Positions 24,490 through 37,643 are shown, counted from the first letter of the whole stretch. The stretch: DNA of 63,971 nucleotides, filler included, from Octopus bimaculoides (GCF_001194135.2; 3 parts of 3 records of this genome joined end to end with filler, not necessarily neighbours in it); one strand, 5' to 3'. Notes: generated by a model not told the origin, from the letters alone. Program-made: numbers and translations.

Positions 24490-25640
24490 TTAGGTACATT
24501 CTAGAAGGTTCCAGGCTTTTTCAGGAGCGACAGTTTTAATTGCTGTCCCAAATTATTGCAATTTTATTATATCATTACTTTACATCTAATAAGCTGACCT
24601 GCCAACTATTGTTATTCCAGGTTGAAGAAGACGGCTGTAACAATACTTTGAACAGATCTCAGGGAAGCACCGGTTTTGTTACATTGTTTGAAGAATGCAA
24701 TCGGGACGCAATAATGTTTTGAGTTAAAGGGATAACAACGCTACAGAAACTTATGAAATTTCTCCAGGCTACTTATGGATTAACTTGTATAGGCTGAGAA
24801 TTTGTTTTTCGATGGTACAAGGGATTCAGCGACGGTAGAGAGAAAGTGAGAGACGATGAGCGGTGTGGAAGGGAGAGAAACGTCAGAACAACAGAGCTCC
24901 CGAATGAAAACTGTAGTGTATCTATAAATTCAATATGCATACAATTTCAAGTTTGTGTGGCAACAGTTCACAGAATTATTTATGAAGATCTGAACATGCA
25001 AGGGAGGATGCCTGGTTGAGCGCATTACCTCCATTTCAAGACTACTTGAGTTTCCCGTGACTTGTGACGAAAGTTATATGTCTACTGTTATGATCCAGAG
25101 ACCAACGGATAGAGTGCCCATGGAAGCATTCCGGATCCCCAAGACCTAAGAAGGTCAGGCAAAGCAAGTCACCTGGAAATCTCATGATGAACCCTTTTTT
25201 TGAAAGCAAGGGCATCATATACATTCACTGGGTTTCATCTAGCTAGACGATCAACACAAAGTACTTTGTGGGGGTTTCAAGGGCGTTCAGGAAAAGATTT
25301 CGTTACGAAAACCAGAGCTCCTTCACTCGGGTTACTGGCACCTGCATCAAGACAATGCACCAGTTCACAATTCCATCCTAGTAACCAACTGCTTGACAGA
25401 GATGGGTATCAGAATTGCCCCTCACCAACGCTAGAATCCAGACCTTACATTCTGTGACATTTGGTTGTTTCCTAGCTGAAGGAGAACCTCAGACGTAGTG
25501 GTTTTGAAGATATTGAGAAAACAAAGTAGGCTGTAACAAGGGTCCAAGACATCTTTACTTTGGAGGACGGTCAAAGGGCATCGAAGAAGCTTGCAGGAGA
25601 TTAGAGTTTTGTATTCCTATGAAGTTAATCAATGTCTTTC
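24490..25640 (+). mobile_element. Decayed mariner transposon
   Basis: Frameshifted pieces such as VFRWYKGFSDGREKVRDDERCGR, VTCDESYMxYCYDPET, GIIYIHWVSS..TIN and HQDNAPVH. Confidence 0.8.
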
Positions 25641-25669
25641 CTGAAACGCATATTCTTTCCTACTCAAGG

Positions 25670-26072
25670 CCCGAAATTTTTAGGAAGGGGGTCAATCGAT
25701 TAAATTGACCCCAGAACGAAACTGGTACTTCATTTATCGACTCCGAAAGGATGAAAGGCAAAGTGGACCTCGGTAGAATTTGAACTCAGAACGTAAAAAC
25801 AGACTAAATACCGCTAAGCAGGTCACCCGGCGTACTAACGTTTCTTATTTCTTTATTGCCCACAAGGGGCTAAACATAGAGCAGACAAACAAGGACAGAC
25901 AAAGGGATCAAGTCGATTACATCGACCCCAGTGCGTAACTGGTACTTGATTTATCGACCCCCAACGGATGAAAGGCAAAGTCGAACTCGGCGGAATTAGA
26001 ACTCAGAACTTAACGGCAGACGAAATACCACTAAACATTTCGCCCGGCGTATTAACGTTTCTGCCAGCTCGC
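25670..26072 (-). mobile_element. Two tandem tRNA-headed SINEs, type B
   Basis: On the minus strand: gcgagctggcagaaacgtta...gttctgagttc(a/t)aattc..ccgag.tcgactttgcctttcatcc...ggggtcgat, present twice. Related copies lie at 28335-28520 (-) and 50765-50995 (+). Confidence 0.8.
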
Positions 26073-26500
26073 TGCTTTACCTGGAACACATATTGCATAT
26101 TATTTAATTACAGTTTGATCAAACTGTTNNNNNNNNNNNNNNNNNNNNNNNNNNNNNNNNNNNNNNNNNNNNNNNNNNNNNNNNNNNNNNNNNNNNNNNN
26201 NNNNNNNNNNNNNNNNNNNNNNNNNNNNNNNNNNNNNNNNNNNNNNNNNNNNNNNNNNNNNNNNNNNNNNNNNNNNNNNNNNNNNNNNNNNNNNNNNNNN
26301 NNNNNNNNNNNNNNNNNNNNNNNNNNNNNNNNNNNNNNNNNNNNNNNNNNNNNNNNNNNNNNNNNNNNNNNNNNNNNNNNNNNNNNNNNNNNNNNNNNNN
26401 NNNNNNNNNNNNNNNNNNNNNNNNNNNNNNNNNNNNNNNNNNNNNNNNNNNNNNNNNNNNNNNNNNNNNNNNNNNNNNNNNNNNNNNNNNNNNNNNNNNN

Positions 26501-26532
<32 letters not shown>

Positions 26533-26954
26533 TGCGCACATACATACACCCATTCATACATACATACATACATACATACATACAATCTTAGACTATATTT
26601 GACATGAAGAATTGGGAATCATGTACGTTGAGGGATATACAGTTATTTCAACACTTTGTACCTCTTCAAATAACAAATACCAGAAAATACCAAATCAGTT
26701 GGACTATTATGAGTATTCTATGATGTAATAGATTCATGAGTTATAATTATATCTATTCGTTACGCGATCGAGGTTTATAACAAGTATCTGTCTGTTTATC
26801 GATCTATCCATCGATCTATCTGTCTGTTTCCCTGTCTGCCTATTTGACTATCTGTCTATCTGTCAAACTATCAACATGTCTGTTTATCGACCCACCATCT
26901 ACCTGCCTACCTATCACCGCCAACGAACATTTTCCTGCAGCGAATGTGAATATC

Positions 26955-27305
26955 TTTTGCTAGTTTCAGTCCTTTGGACTGCGGCCATGCTAGGGCATTA
27001 TCTTGAAAGGTTTAGTAGAACAAATCAACCCCAGTACTTACCTTTTAAAATCCTGGTATTTATTCTATCGGGATATTTTCTGCAACACAACACCGTTTGT
27101 CAGGCAGTGGGTATGACAAATGTAAACACGAAGACATATTCATATACGGTGGACTTGGACACAGTTTCCGCCTAGTAAATTCTCTCACATGGCATTAGTA
27201 GGCCTGGGGCTGTAGTAGAAGAGATTTGCCTAAAGCGGGACTGTAACACTGTAACCCGTGACCACGGAATTGTTAAGCAAGCTTCTTAACCACATAGCCA
27301 TGCAT
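26955..27305 (-). mobile_element. SINE type A (diverged)
   Basis: Reverse complement of the type A head and tail. Confidence 0.7.
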
Positions 27306-27518
27306 ACTCCTGTATGTGAATGTCTTTTTAGATCAGAGAAGTGGGTTGGCGGAATCAGTAAAGCATCATAGAGAGTACTTCACTGTTGTTCTCAGTTAAA
27401 ACTCTTAACGTCAAGGTTGTAAAAGGATCGCCTAAATCTCACAGAAGGGTCAAAGAGTTTAATAAATTCCTTTTAATTACATTTTTTAATTGTAATTCAC
27501 AAAATGTGGCTCTTCACT

Positions 27519-27553
<35 letters not shown>

Positions 27554-28257
27554 NNNNNNNNNNNNNNNNNNNNNNNNNNNNNNNNNNNNNNNNNNNNNNN
27601 NNNNNNNNNNNNNNNNNNNNNNNNNNNNNNNNNNNNNNNNNNNNNNNNNNNNNNNNNNNNNNNNNNNNNNNNNNNNNNNNNNNNNNNNNNNNNNNNNNNN
27701 NNNNNNNNNNNNNNNNNNNNNNNNNNNNNNNNNNNNNNNNNNNNNNNNNNNNNNNNNNNNNNNNNNNNNNNNNNNNNNNNNNNNNNNNNNNNNNNNNNNN
27801 NNNNNNNNNNNNNNNNNNNNNNNNNNNNNNNNNNNNNNNNNNNNNNNNNNNNNNNNNNNNNNNNNNNNNNNNNNNNNNNNNNNNNNNNNNNNNNNNNNNN
27901 NNNNNNNNNNNNNNNNNNNNNNNNNNNNNNNNNNNNNNNNNNNNNNNNNNNNNNNNNNNNNNNNNNNNNNNNNNNNNNNNNNNNNNNNNNNNNNNNNNNN
28001 NNNNNNNNNNNNNNNNNNNNNNNNNNNNNNNNNNNNNNNNNNNNNNNNNNNNNNNNNNNNNNNNNNNNNNNNNNNNNNNNNNNNNNNNNNNNNNNNNNNN
28101 NNNNNNNNNNNNNNNNNNNNNNNNNNNNNNNNNNNNNNNNNNNNNNNNNNNNNNNNNNNNNNNNNNNNNNNNNNNNNNNNNNNNNNNNNNNNNNNNNNNN
28201 NNNNNNNNNNNNNNNNNNNNNNNNNNNNNNNNNNNNNNNNNNNNNNNNNNNNNNNNN

Positions 28258-28296
<39 letters not shown>

Positions 28297-28334
28297 TACA
28301 TACATACATAAATTTTAACACACAGCCACCAACA

Positions 28335-28520
28335 TTAAGGGTAGGAGTTAAGGCCATTACATCGAAATCAGTGCTAAAATATTACTTTATTTTATCGACC
28401 CTAAAAGGTTAAATGGTAAATTCGAACTCTGTACAATTTGAACTAAGAACATAAAATCGGATGAAATGCTGTTAAGCGTTTTATTTCGGCGGCCTTCTAA
28501 CGATTGCGCCAGCTCACTGT
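28335..28520 (-). mobile_element. SINE type B (diverged)
   Basis: Homologous to 25846-26072. Confidence 0.65.
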
Positions 28521-29269
28521 CTTGTGCCATTTGAAATACCAATAGCATATCTTTTGAACTAAGTATGCTTTTCATTTTTGTCTGTATATATTAAGTACTC
28601 CCGTTCATCAAACGTTCATATTTCTTCGAAGCAACTCTGATAAACACATACCAAAGCTTAATGTTGAGATATCTAGCGAAGAAAAAAATCTTTAGTTTTG
28701 TTTGGACTGAAAAAAAAGAAAGAAAAACAAACAAAAGGCAACGTTCAGCTCGTCTTACAAGTAATAAATATGATATAAGAATTTCCCTTCACCTTGGCAA
28801 CCTCTTAGCTTCTCTGTAAGTAACATCAAAGATTGATAATCAGTATCCTTCTCCTAAAGGATGTTTTTGAAAGAACCGAATCACAAATGGTTTTGATTTC
28901 ATTAAATAAAAAAAGATTTAAAAAATGACTATTAATATAACGTAATTTAACACAAAAGTCGCTTTTCAATATCCGCATCCCTCTAAAATGCTTAAATGTA
29001 ATGCGTAAATAAATATATTCACATTATGTTGTTATTTCAGGGATACGAATACGAAACCATTGATAAAGTAGTATCAGCTACGAATGTGCAACACCAATAC
29101 CTGACTTTTTTTTACCATGAAAGCCGTAATTTGTCTAAAATATGTAATCAAAGTATCAGAAGTACTTTCTACGTTTGGTGTTGTGTGTTCTTGATAGCAT
29201 CAACGGCATAAATCAATCGATTCATAATTTCAGTTCTTTCAATGAACAGATCGATCGCAACTAGTTCTG

Positions 29270-29410
29270 CTTTAACCACTAATAAGAATCGATTGACTCG
29301 TCAACTTGTAAAGCTAAATTCAGTTTCTTCACATCAATGCCGTTCGATTGTGGAAGACATTTAAAATATTCTTCTTTCGACTTTATTATCGAACTGATAA
29401 ATTCTGGTTC
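29270..29410 (-). mobile_element. Small hAT (Charlie-like) transposase remnant
   Basis: KCLPQSN...LNLALQVDESID resembles the PLSN...FALQLDESTD motif. Confidence 0.45.
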
Positions 29411-29945
29411 TCTTTTCTTTCTTTCTTTCTTCCTTCCTTCCTTCCTTTCTTTCTTTTCTTTCTTTCTTTCTTTTCTATCTTTCTTTCTTTGGCTCAATTT
29501 CATTATGCGACTCGGTCGTACCAAATAAAGCAAAACACCATCATATCTCTGTGATTAATAAGTTCACTCTTTTACTACATGGCTCCAGGTTCAAGTCCAG
29601 GGCACAGCATATCGTCTTGTGCCCAAGTGTTTTCTAGCAAAGCCTCTGGTTAAACAAACCCTTTGTAAGTGGCATTTGGGAAGGCCAGAAGGATTATCTC
29701 TGTTGTAGGGATAATGGGTAGATTTAATCCCTTGAGTGGCTTTCGGGCAGTCCGTTCTGTTGTACGCAAAGCATTTGAATCAGGTCTCGGTTTCAGGATA
29801 ACTTTCTTCCATCGTCTTACCAGTGACGGAGGACCTGAAAAGGTTATGTGCGCTATCCCTTCTCCTATAGATTGCTATGCAACAACGGCAATGAACGGCA
29901 ATTACAACAACAATGATGAGAACAAAAAACCGCAACGACGACGAG

Positions 29946-29982
<37 letters not shown>

Positions 29983-30834
29983 ACAATAATGACAACAACA
30001 ACAGACTATATAGTATATATAGTAAAATGAAATGAAGTATTGATTGTCTTATTGAATAAATGAAATATTGAATATTAAATATTAAATATTAAAGGACTAG
30101 TATACTTTCTTGCATTTTAGCAGTCTCCAAGGTCCAGGATTGATTAATAACTGAACTTCATAGTATACCATCATTAATTTGAATTAATTTGAATCATTTG
30201 CTTGATTTCAACACCATTAAGATGAACGGTTGTATNNNNNNNNNNNNNNNNNNNNNNNNNNNNNNNNNNNNNNNNNNNNNNNNNNNNNNNNNNNNNNNNN
30301 NNNNNNNNNNNNNNNNNNNNNNNNNNNNNNNNNNNNNNNNNNNNNNNNNNNNNNNNNNNNNNNNNNNNNNNNNNNNNNNNNNNNNNNNNNNNNNNNNNNN
30401 NNNNNNNNNNNNNNNNNNNNNNNNNNNNNNNNNNNNNNNNNNNNNNNNNNNNNNNNNNNNNNNNNNNNNNNNNNNNNNNNNNNNNNNNNNNNNNNNNNNN
30501 NNNNNNNNNNNNNNNNNNNNNNNNNNNNNNNNNNNNNNNNNNNNNNNNNNNNNNNNNNNNNNNNNNNNNNNNNNNNNNNNNNNNNNNNNNNNNNNNNNNN
30601 NNNNNNNNNNNNNNNNNNNNNNNNNNNNNNNNNNNNNNNNNNNNNNNNNNNNNNNNNNNNNNNNNNNNNNNNNNNNNNNNNNNNNNNNNNNNNNNNNNNN
30701 NNNNNNNNNNNNNNNNNNNNNNNNNNNNNNNNNNNNNNNNNNNNNNNNNNNNNNNNNNNNNNNNNNNNNNNNNNNNNNNNNNNNNNNNNNNNNNNNNNNN
30801 NNNNNNNNNNNNNNNNNNNNNNNNNNNNNNNNNN

Positions 30835-30887
<53 letters not shown>

Positions 30888-30974
30888 TATATGTATATAT
30901 GTATGTATATACACACACTCACATACATATGTATGTATGGATATTTGTGTATATACACATATGTATATGTGTGT

Positions 30975-31170
30975 GATTGTTTCCAAACATTGTTTGACAA
31001 CCGCTCTTTGTTTAGCTCCGTGTAACTTAGCGGTTCAGCAAAAGGGAAATCAATGGAATAAGTACCAGACTTACAAATAAGTACTGGTCTTGGTTTGTTG
31101 GAATAAACTCTTGAAGGCGGTGCCCCAGTATGACCGCAGTCGAAATAGTGAAACGAGTGAAAGATAAAAA
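30975..31170 (+). mobile_element. SINE type A, 3' half
   Basis: ttgacaaccg...gtaacttagcggttcagcaaaag...ggtgccccagtatgaccgcagtc...gtgaaacgagtgaaag. Confidence 0.75.
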
Positions 31171-32424
31171 AGGAAGAGTTTCTTTTAACCGAGCACAAAC
31201 GCATGCAAATGTCGCAGTCTGCTTAAGTTAACTTAATAACTAAATTAGCAAGTTCAATTGCTACGCTGCTCTTTGGAGGCATTTATCGAATTGATTTGCT
31301 TCTGGCTGATCTGAAAAGAAAGAGATACCCCCACAACACACAAAAAAAGAGATATTGGCATCGCATAGATCTATACTTGTGGTTTGTCAAATGCAACTGT
31401 CAGAATACAGACAGAAGGAAGTGTCGCCTTTTAGTAAGTTAATTAACACACCTCAGTACTGCAGTATGTATTGTGTTGCTATTATATGTAGTATTTCGTA
31501 CATTTGAAACTGTGCATTGCAGAGAAATGAATAAAGTTGTTATTTATTCATTTGTTTGTTTAGATTATGTAATAGAAATAATGTAACCCGGAACAGGCAA
31601 TAAAGTTCTGGTGTTCACTATATTTATTTTGGTGATGGGGGTCTCTTCTCCGAAGACCTTCTGCTGTTCAGTTCACTTGAATGTTTCTTACCACTATATT
31701 TGGTAAATCACTCGCAAAGCCGAGTGGCACAGTATGCGTGCGTGTGCTGTGTTCTTAACCCAAAGATCCCAAAATCGAAATTACGTCGTGTGTAGAAACA
31801 GATAATATTTTTGACATTTATACATCGCCACTGAAATGTCTACAAATATTTCAACCACAACATATATATATATATATATATATATGTGTTTGAGACATAT
31901 TTCATCTGCAGTGTATTTATTTGCCTTCTAGCAGTTGAAATATTTCACAAACATATTCCAACTAACCTAAATTCCTGCATATATATATACTTTTAATTCG
32001 TGTACGGTAAATGCCTCGGAGAGCGCTCGTAAAAGTTCCTATACTACTTGTTGCTGGCTACCGCCTAGTATTTCCATCTCTCAGAATAAACCTATGGTAT
32101 GGATTGTTATTCATCCTACACTACAGTGTAGGATAAATAAAGTATGGGCCAATAAATCCAACAGACCTCTTTTTGATTGGTGTAAAATGGTAAATATCCC
32201 CAAGTTAGACATCAATACAACCATTAATGTAAAGTGCCTGTAAAGTATGCACGTGGAGTAATGGACTCGCTTAAGATCCACAGATAAAAATATATAATAA
32301 TATCCTATTGATGTGAAAATGTAGTCACAAAAAAGCATGGGTTATGCAGAAACGTATGCAGCAATGCATTAATAAGATATAAAAATTTCCATCTTCCAAA
32401 TTTTTCAGTATTACCTTCTATATA

Positions 32425-32632
32425 TAAATGGGGGTGGGCTGAAAGGTACCTGGCTTTAAGGGTATCGCGAAAGGTCTGGTTGGAGTTCTTTTACAGGGCC
32501 CAGAAGAACTGGAGGACCGCTGCAATAAGTTTGTAAATTTGAGAGGGGAATATGTTGAATAAAACCACAATTGACTCATCTTCTTGTCTTTTCTTTTACC
32601 CAAAGTCATGAAGTTTCCATCAACCCTTCGCG
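32425..32632. mobile_element. Mariner-derived MITE
   Basis: Degenerate TIRs gggggtgggctgaaaggtacctggcttt and aaagtcatgaagtttccatcaacccttcg. The interior resembles a mariner 3' end (LEDRCNKFVNLRGEYVE*). Confidence 0.65.
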
Positions 32633-32637
32633 GATAT

Positions 32638-32671
<34 letters not shown>

Positions 32672-32905
32672 TTATATATACATATATACCTACAGGGTTA
32701 GTAACAAATTACGTTATGCAGTAGATATTTATACAAGGTGAAGAGGTTTCCAGCTGACTGGGGGTATACCAAAACCCATATTGCATACTGGAATAAATAG
32801 AGGCCAATTTTCGCTTCGTATGTAGGATAAATAAAGAATTCTATTAACGGGAATTTATGCTTCTAGTTGCCAATTTTGGTTATATATCTGCATCTATATT
32901 TATGT

Positions 32906-33190
32906 TGGAGGCGCAATGGCCCAGTGGTTAGGGCAGTGGACTCGCGGTCGGAGGATCGCTGTTTCGATTCTCACACAGGGCGTTGTGAGTGTTTATTGAG
33001 CGAAAACACTTAAGCCCCACGAGGCTCCGGCAGGTGGGTGGGGGCGACCCCTGTTGTACTCTTTCGCCCCAACTTTCTCTCACTCTTTCTTCCTGCTTCT
33101 TGAGTAACGCTGCGATTGACTGGCGTCCCGTCCAGTTGGGGGAAACACATACGCAACACATCCTCCATAGAAACCAAGAAACCTGGCTAG
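32906..33190 (+). mobile_element. tRNA-headed SINE, type C
   Basis: Head tggaggcgcaaTGGCCCAGTGGttagggcag...GTTTCGATTC. Homologous copies lie at 43371-43640 and 50227-50615. Confidence 0.8.
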
Positions 33191-33299
33191 GCTTTGAAAG
33201 GGCGAAAAGAGAGATATTTATATATTCATTCATGTGCCCCGGAATCGGCTTGACATGACTCCAATTCCCTGTGTTGTGTTTCATACAGACAATCAACCA

Positions 33300-33650
33300 G
33301 GTTCTTGTTTACCATTCTTTAATGTTGTCTGACGAAAAATGTCTTCGATGGTCTCTTACTTTCTTCTCCACCACACCTCTTGCTAGAATGGCCTTGACCA
33401 GTGACACATGATGCGTTGTATGTCTAAACTATTATAACTTTGGGGAATTGATTTTCAACAATCGGTGTCTTTGGACTTTCAACTTCTCTAGTGTTGCATC
33501 GTTTGTCTAGCTTATTCTGTCCAATCTGCAAAAGATTCACATAAGAAAGACCTTCGTCTTCTCCATAGCTGTGTACATTGTCCATAGTTCTGCCCTGAAC
33601 AAAGGACAACTGGCAAAATCTAACTGTTTACCAGCCTCAAATTTGAATGC
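33300..33650 (-). mobile_element. RTE-clade LINE 3' fragment (frameshifted)
   Basis: PLFRAELWTM...RLDRIS*T...LVKAILARGVVEKKVRDHRRHFSSDNIKEW follows the LYGAETWT...RMLRISWT...ILEGKVEG...WxDNIKEW pattern. Confidence 0.65.
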
Positions 33651-33899
33651 AGTGTTATGTCTTTTGAGGTGAAGATCTTTTTCATTCTTATGTACGTTAT
33701 TTTAGCTTTATTTAACAATTGATTAACTTCTACATACTGACCTTCCAGATTATTTAGTCGTGTTTACTGTAGTACTTAATCATGTAAACTCCAACCATAT
33801 AACGGTTTCTCCTCCTACACCAACCCAGCTAATCAGTCCTGATTTCATGTCTAGTTATCTGTTTTCTTACCGGGCCATTACCAGTTGGCGGCCTATAGC

Positions 33900-35341
33900 T
33901 AGATATAAATTCGTCTCCTTGTCACCCAAGACAGTGGTAGGATTCGGTTGCATGCTTGGGTGTCTGTGCAGCTCCATTTGGAGAGGGCACTGCTCAACCA
34001 GAGGCCGGGGAAGTTCTAGAAAAGGTGGATCAAAAATTGCCTGTCATTCTATTTCTGGTCAGTTTAACGCGACTGACGGTTGTTCACCTTGCGCTCGAAA
34101 ATCAGAGACTTTTATTTACAGAATCTTGATGGACCTTTTACATTTCATGTTGCAATATGCGGACTCTGTTGGATAACAAGAGTGACTGTAGGCCTGAAAG
34201 ACGCACTGCACTTCTTGCTCACGAGCTGAAGCGATATAACATTGATACAGCTGCACTTTCAGAGACTCGTATAGAAGGTGATGGTCGGCTTGAGGAAGTA
34301 GGAGGTGGATATATCTTTCTTGGAAGGGGAGGCAGAAGGAGGTGCGCAGAGAGGCTGGTGTTGGCTTTGCAGCTCGATCTGATATCCCTAAGAAGTTGGA
34401 GGAGCTTCCTGTTCCTATAAATGAATGTTTAACGACTCTACGATTTCACTTGAAAGGTGGGTGGTTTGCTACTCTAATAAGTGCCTACACACCTACTTTA
34501 ACGAGTTTCTGATGAAGATAAAACTATATTTTATACACAGCAGAGAGCCATACTTGGGAAATTCCCTAGTTCTGATAAAGTCATTCTACTGGGAGATTTC
34601 AATGCCAGGGTTGGAACGGACTGGCAAACATGGAACTCACTAGGACGTTTTGGTGTAGGGAAAATGAATAGCAATGGTCTCATGCTACTGACATCGGTTC
34701 TTTACTCATGTGAGACATGGACCCTTTACAAACGTCATATAAGGGTCCTTGAGCGCTTTCATCAGAGATGTCTCAGACACATTCTGAATGTTGGCTGGAC
34801 CTTAAAAATTCCAGACATACAGGTGCTGAGGACAGCTGATATCTTGAGTATTGAGGCGATGGTGCACAAGCAACAGTTACATTGGACTGGACACCTTATT
34901 AGAATGAAGGATAGCAGGATCCCTAAGCAGATGCTATATAGGGAACTTGTTAATGGAAAGAGACCCCGGCAGAAACCAAGGCTGCAATTTAAGGTCTGTG
35001 TCAAGTCCTCATTAAAAGCCTGTGATATGCAGGAGACCGATTGGAAAAGCAATGCCTGTCATCGCCACAGTTGGAGGACGCAGGTTAAGGAGGGGATCGA
35101 CACCTTTCAGAGAGCACATATTCTGCATGAAGAACTTAAGTGTGCTGCTCGAAAACGCATTGGTGATGTAGTTAATGGGGAAAGCTTCGTTTGCAATGTT
35201 TGCATTCGTGTATGTTTGTCAATAGCAGGGCTCATTAGCTACCGATGGAGCTGCAAATGCAAAATATAAGTTAATCCTAGAGCGCACAATATTCCTGAAG
35301 ATCCGCAATGGTCTTCCTTAGTCACTAGTGGACGGCCATCA
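33900..35341 (+). mobile_element. BovB-like RTE LINE with an internal deletion of the whole RT core
   Basis: APE start RTLLDNKSDCRPERRTALLAHELKRYNIDTAALSETR, then GDFNARVG and GRFGVGKMNSNGLMLL, joined directly to TSVLYSCETWTLY...LERFHQRCLRHIL...RIPKQMLYRELVNGKRP...CNVCIRVCLSIAGLISY*. Confidence 0.9.
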
Positions 35342-35364
35342 TATATGCATGTATAAATACATAC

Positions 35365-35403
<39 letters not shown>

Positions 35404-36329
35404 NNNNNNNNNNNNNNNNNNNNNNNNNNNNNNNNNNNNNNNNNNNNNNNNNNNNNNNNNNNNNNNNNNNNNNNNNNNNNNNNNNNNNNNNNNNNNNNNN
35501 NNNNNNNNNNNNNNNNNNNNNNNNNNNNNNNNNNNNNNNNNNNNNNNNNNNNNNNNNNNNNNNNNNNNNNNNNNNNNNNNNNNNNNNNNNNNNNNNNNNN
35601 NNNNNNNNNNNNNNNNNNNNNNNNNNNNNNNNNNNNNNNNNNNNNNNNNNNNNNNNNNNNNNNNNNNNNNNNNNNNNNNNNNNNNNNNNNNNNNNNNNNN
35701 NNNNNNNNNNNNNNNNNNNNNNNNNNNNNNNNNNNNNNNNNNNNNNNNNNNNNNNNNNNNNNNNNNNNNNNNNNNNNNNNNNNNNNNNNNNNNNNNNNNN
35801 NNNNNNNNNNNNNNNNNNNNNNNNNNNNNNNNNNNNNNNNNNNNNNNNNNNNNNNNNNNNNNNNNNNNNNNNNNNNNNNNNNNNNNNNNNNNNNNNNNNN
35901 NNNNNNNNNNNNNNNNNNNNNNNNNNNNNNNNNNNNNNNNNNNNNNNNNNNNNNNNNNNNNNNNNNNNNNNNNNNNNNNNNNNNNNNNNNNNNNNNNNNN
36001 NNNNNNNNNNNNNNNNNNNNNNNNNNNNNNNNNNNNNNNNNNNNNNNNNNNNNNNNNNNNNNNNNNNNNNNNNNNNNNNNNNNNNNNNNNNNNNNNNNNN
36101 NNNNNNNNNNNNNNNNNNNNNNNNNNNNNNNNNNNNNNNNNNNNNNNNNNNNNNNNNNNNNNNNNNNNNNNNNNNNNNNNNNNNNNNNNNNNNNNNNNNN
36201 NNNNNNNNNNNNNNNNNNNNNNNNNNNNNNNNNNNNNNNNNNNNNNNNNNNNGAGTATTGGAATTTTCAGTAAATGATAAAAGATAATTAATAAATAAAC
36301 ACAGGGTGAGGAAGAGAGGACGGACGATT

Positions 36330-37643
36330 TTGAAATGGCTATTACTCAGCCCCAGCAGAGGCACATATATCCGACATTTACCAACGGTCCGTGGTGCCTA
36401 AGCAGTTTTTTTTATTCTTGTCAGGTGAAGCCATGACGCTGTGGCCGATAGGACATCGCGTGTTCGCCTACGACAGTTACGTGAAGAATAACGAGTCTGT
36501 CACAGCAGTTCAGCGTGAGTTTCGGTATTATTTCAACATTCATTGAAACCAGGCTGTTCCTACTCGTAACACAATCTTACGTTGGCTGAATGCACTACGT
36601 ACATGAGGTACACTAATGAATAGGAGACTGGTGGGGGTGCCACGAACTATTCAGACCCCGAAAAATGTGGAATGCGTCAGACAAGCTTTGATACGGAGTC
36701 CAAATCGCTCTTCTCGGAGGCATTCCACTGAACTTGATAATCGATTGGTAAGGCTTATTTTGCATGAAGCCCTGCATTTGCACCCTTACAAATTGGTCAT
36801 TGGGCAACGGTTTAAACCATGGGACTATGCACAGCAGCTTAACTTTGCACGTCAGATGGGAGCAATTTTTGAGGCAAATGACAACCTCATTTTGTTAATG
36901 AGTGATGAAGCTCATTTTCATCTTAATGACATGGTGAATCAACAGAACTGTTGTTATTGAGCACTTAAAAGTCCAAGAGAACTGCATGAAAGACCACTGC
37001 ACAGCCCAAAAGTGACTGTCTGGTGTGCTGTTGGAAAAGCTGCCGTTATTGGTCCTTACGTTTTTTGAAGACAATTATGGAAATGCTGTTACTGTAAACT
37101 CCGAGCGTTACATCGAGATGATAAACAATTTTTTTTGTGCCTGAATTACGATGGGAAACGTATGCCTATTCAATGTGCGTCATTTCAACAGAATGGGGCG
37201 ACGGCCCACACAGCTAGAACATTAATGGACGTTCTTTACCCTCTCTTCGATGACCGCCTCATTTCCAGGTTTGATGATATTCCTTGGCCCCCTCGGTCCC
37301 CTGATTTGTCCATGTGTGACTATTTCTTGTGGGGAAACCCCAAGGCACGTGTGTATGCGCATAAGCCCCGAATATTGGACGATTTGAAGGAAGTTATTCG
37401 CGTGCAAGTCACCCAAATCGACAGAGCAATGCTGGAGAGAGTAGGGGCCAACTTCGAAGAGCGCTTTCAGAAATGCATCAACGAAAAGCGACACGACATG
37501 ATGGATGTTGTTTTCCACACTTGATTTTGACAAACGCTAATTCAATACAAAAACATTGACGTCAATAAAATTTCTTTGTAGATAAAATTAATGGCTTCCT
37601 TGAATTTTTCAAAAATACCCGTCCTCTCTACCTCCACTCTGTA
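36330..37643 (+). mobile_element. DD41D (rosa-like) Tc1/mariner-superfamily transposon, decayed
   Basis: Transposase 36433-37524 with stops and frameshifts: MSDEAHFHL, SPKVTVWCAV, FQQNGATAHTA and WPPRSPDLSMCDYFLWG. There are 41 residues between the second catalytic position (N here) and the D of CDY. The right TIR reads TACAGAGTGG on the minus strand, ending at 37643. Confidence 0.85.
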
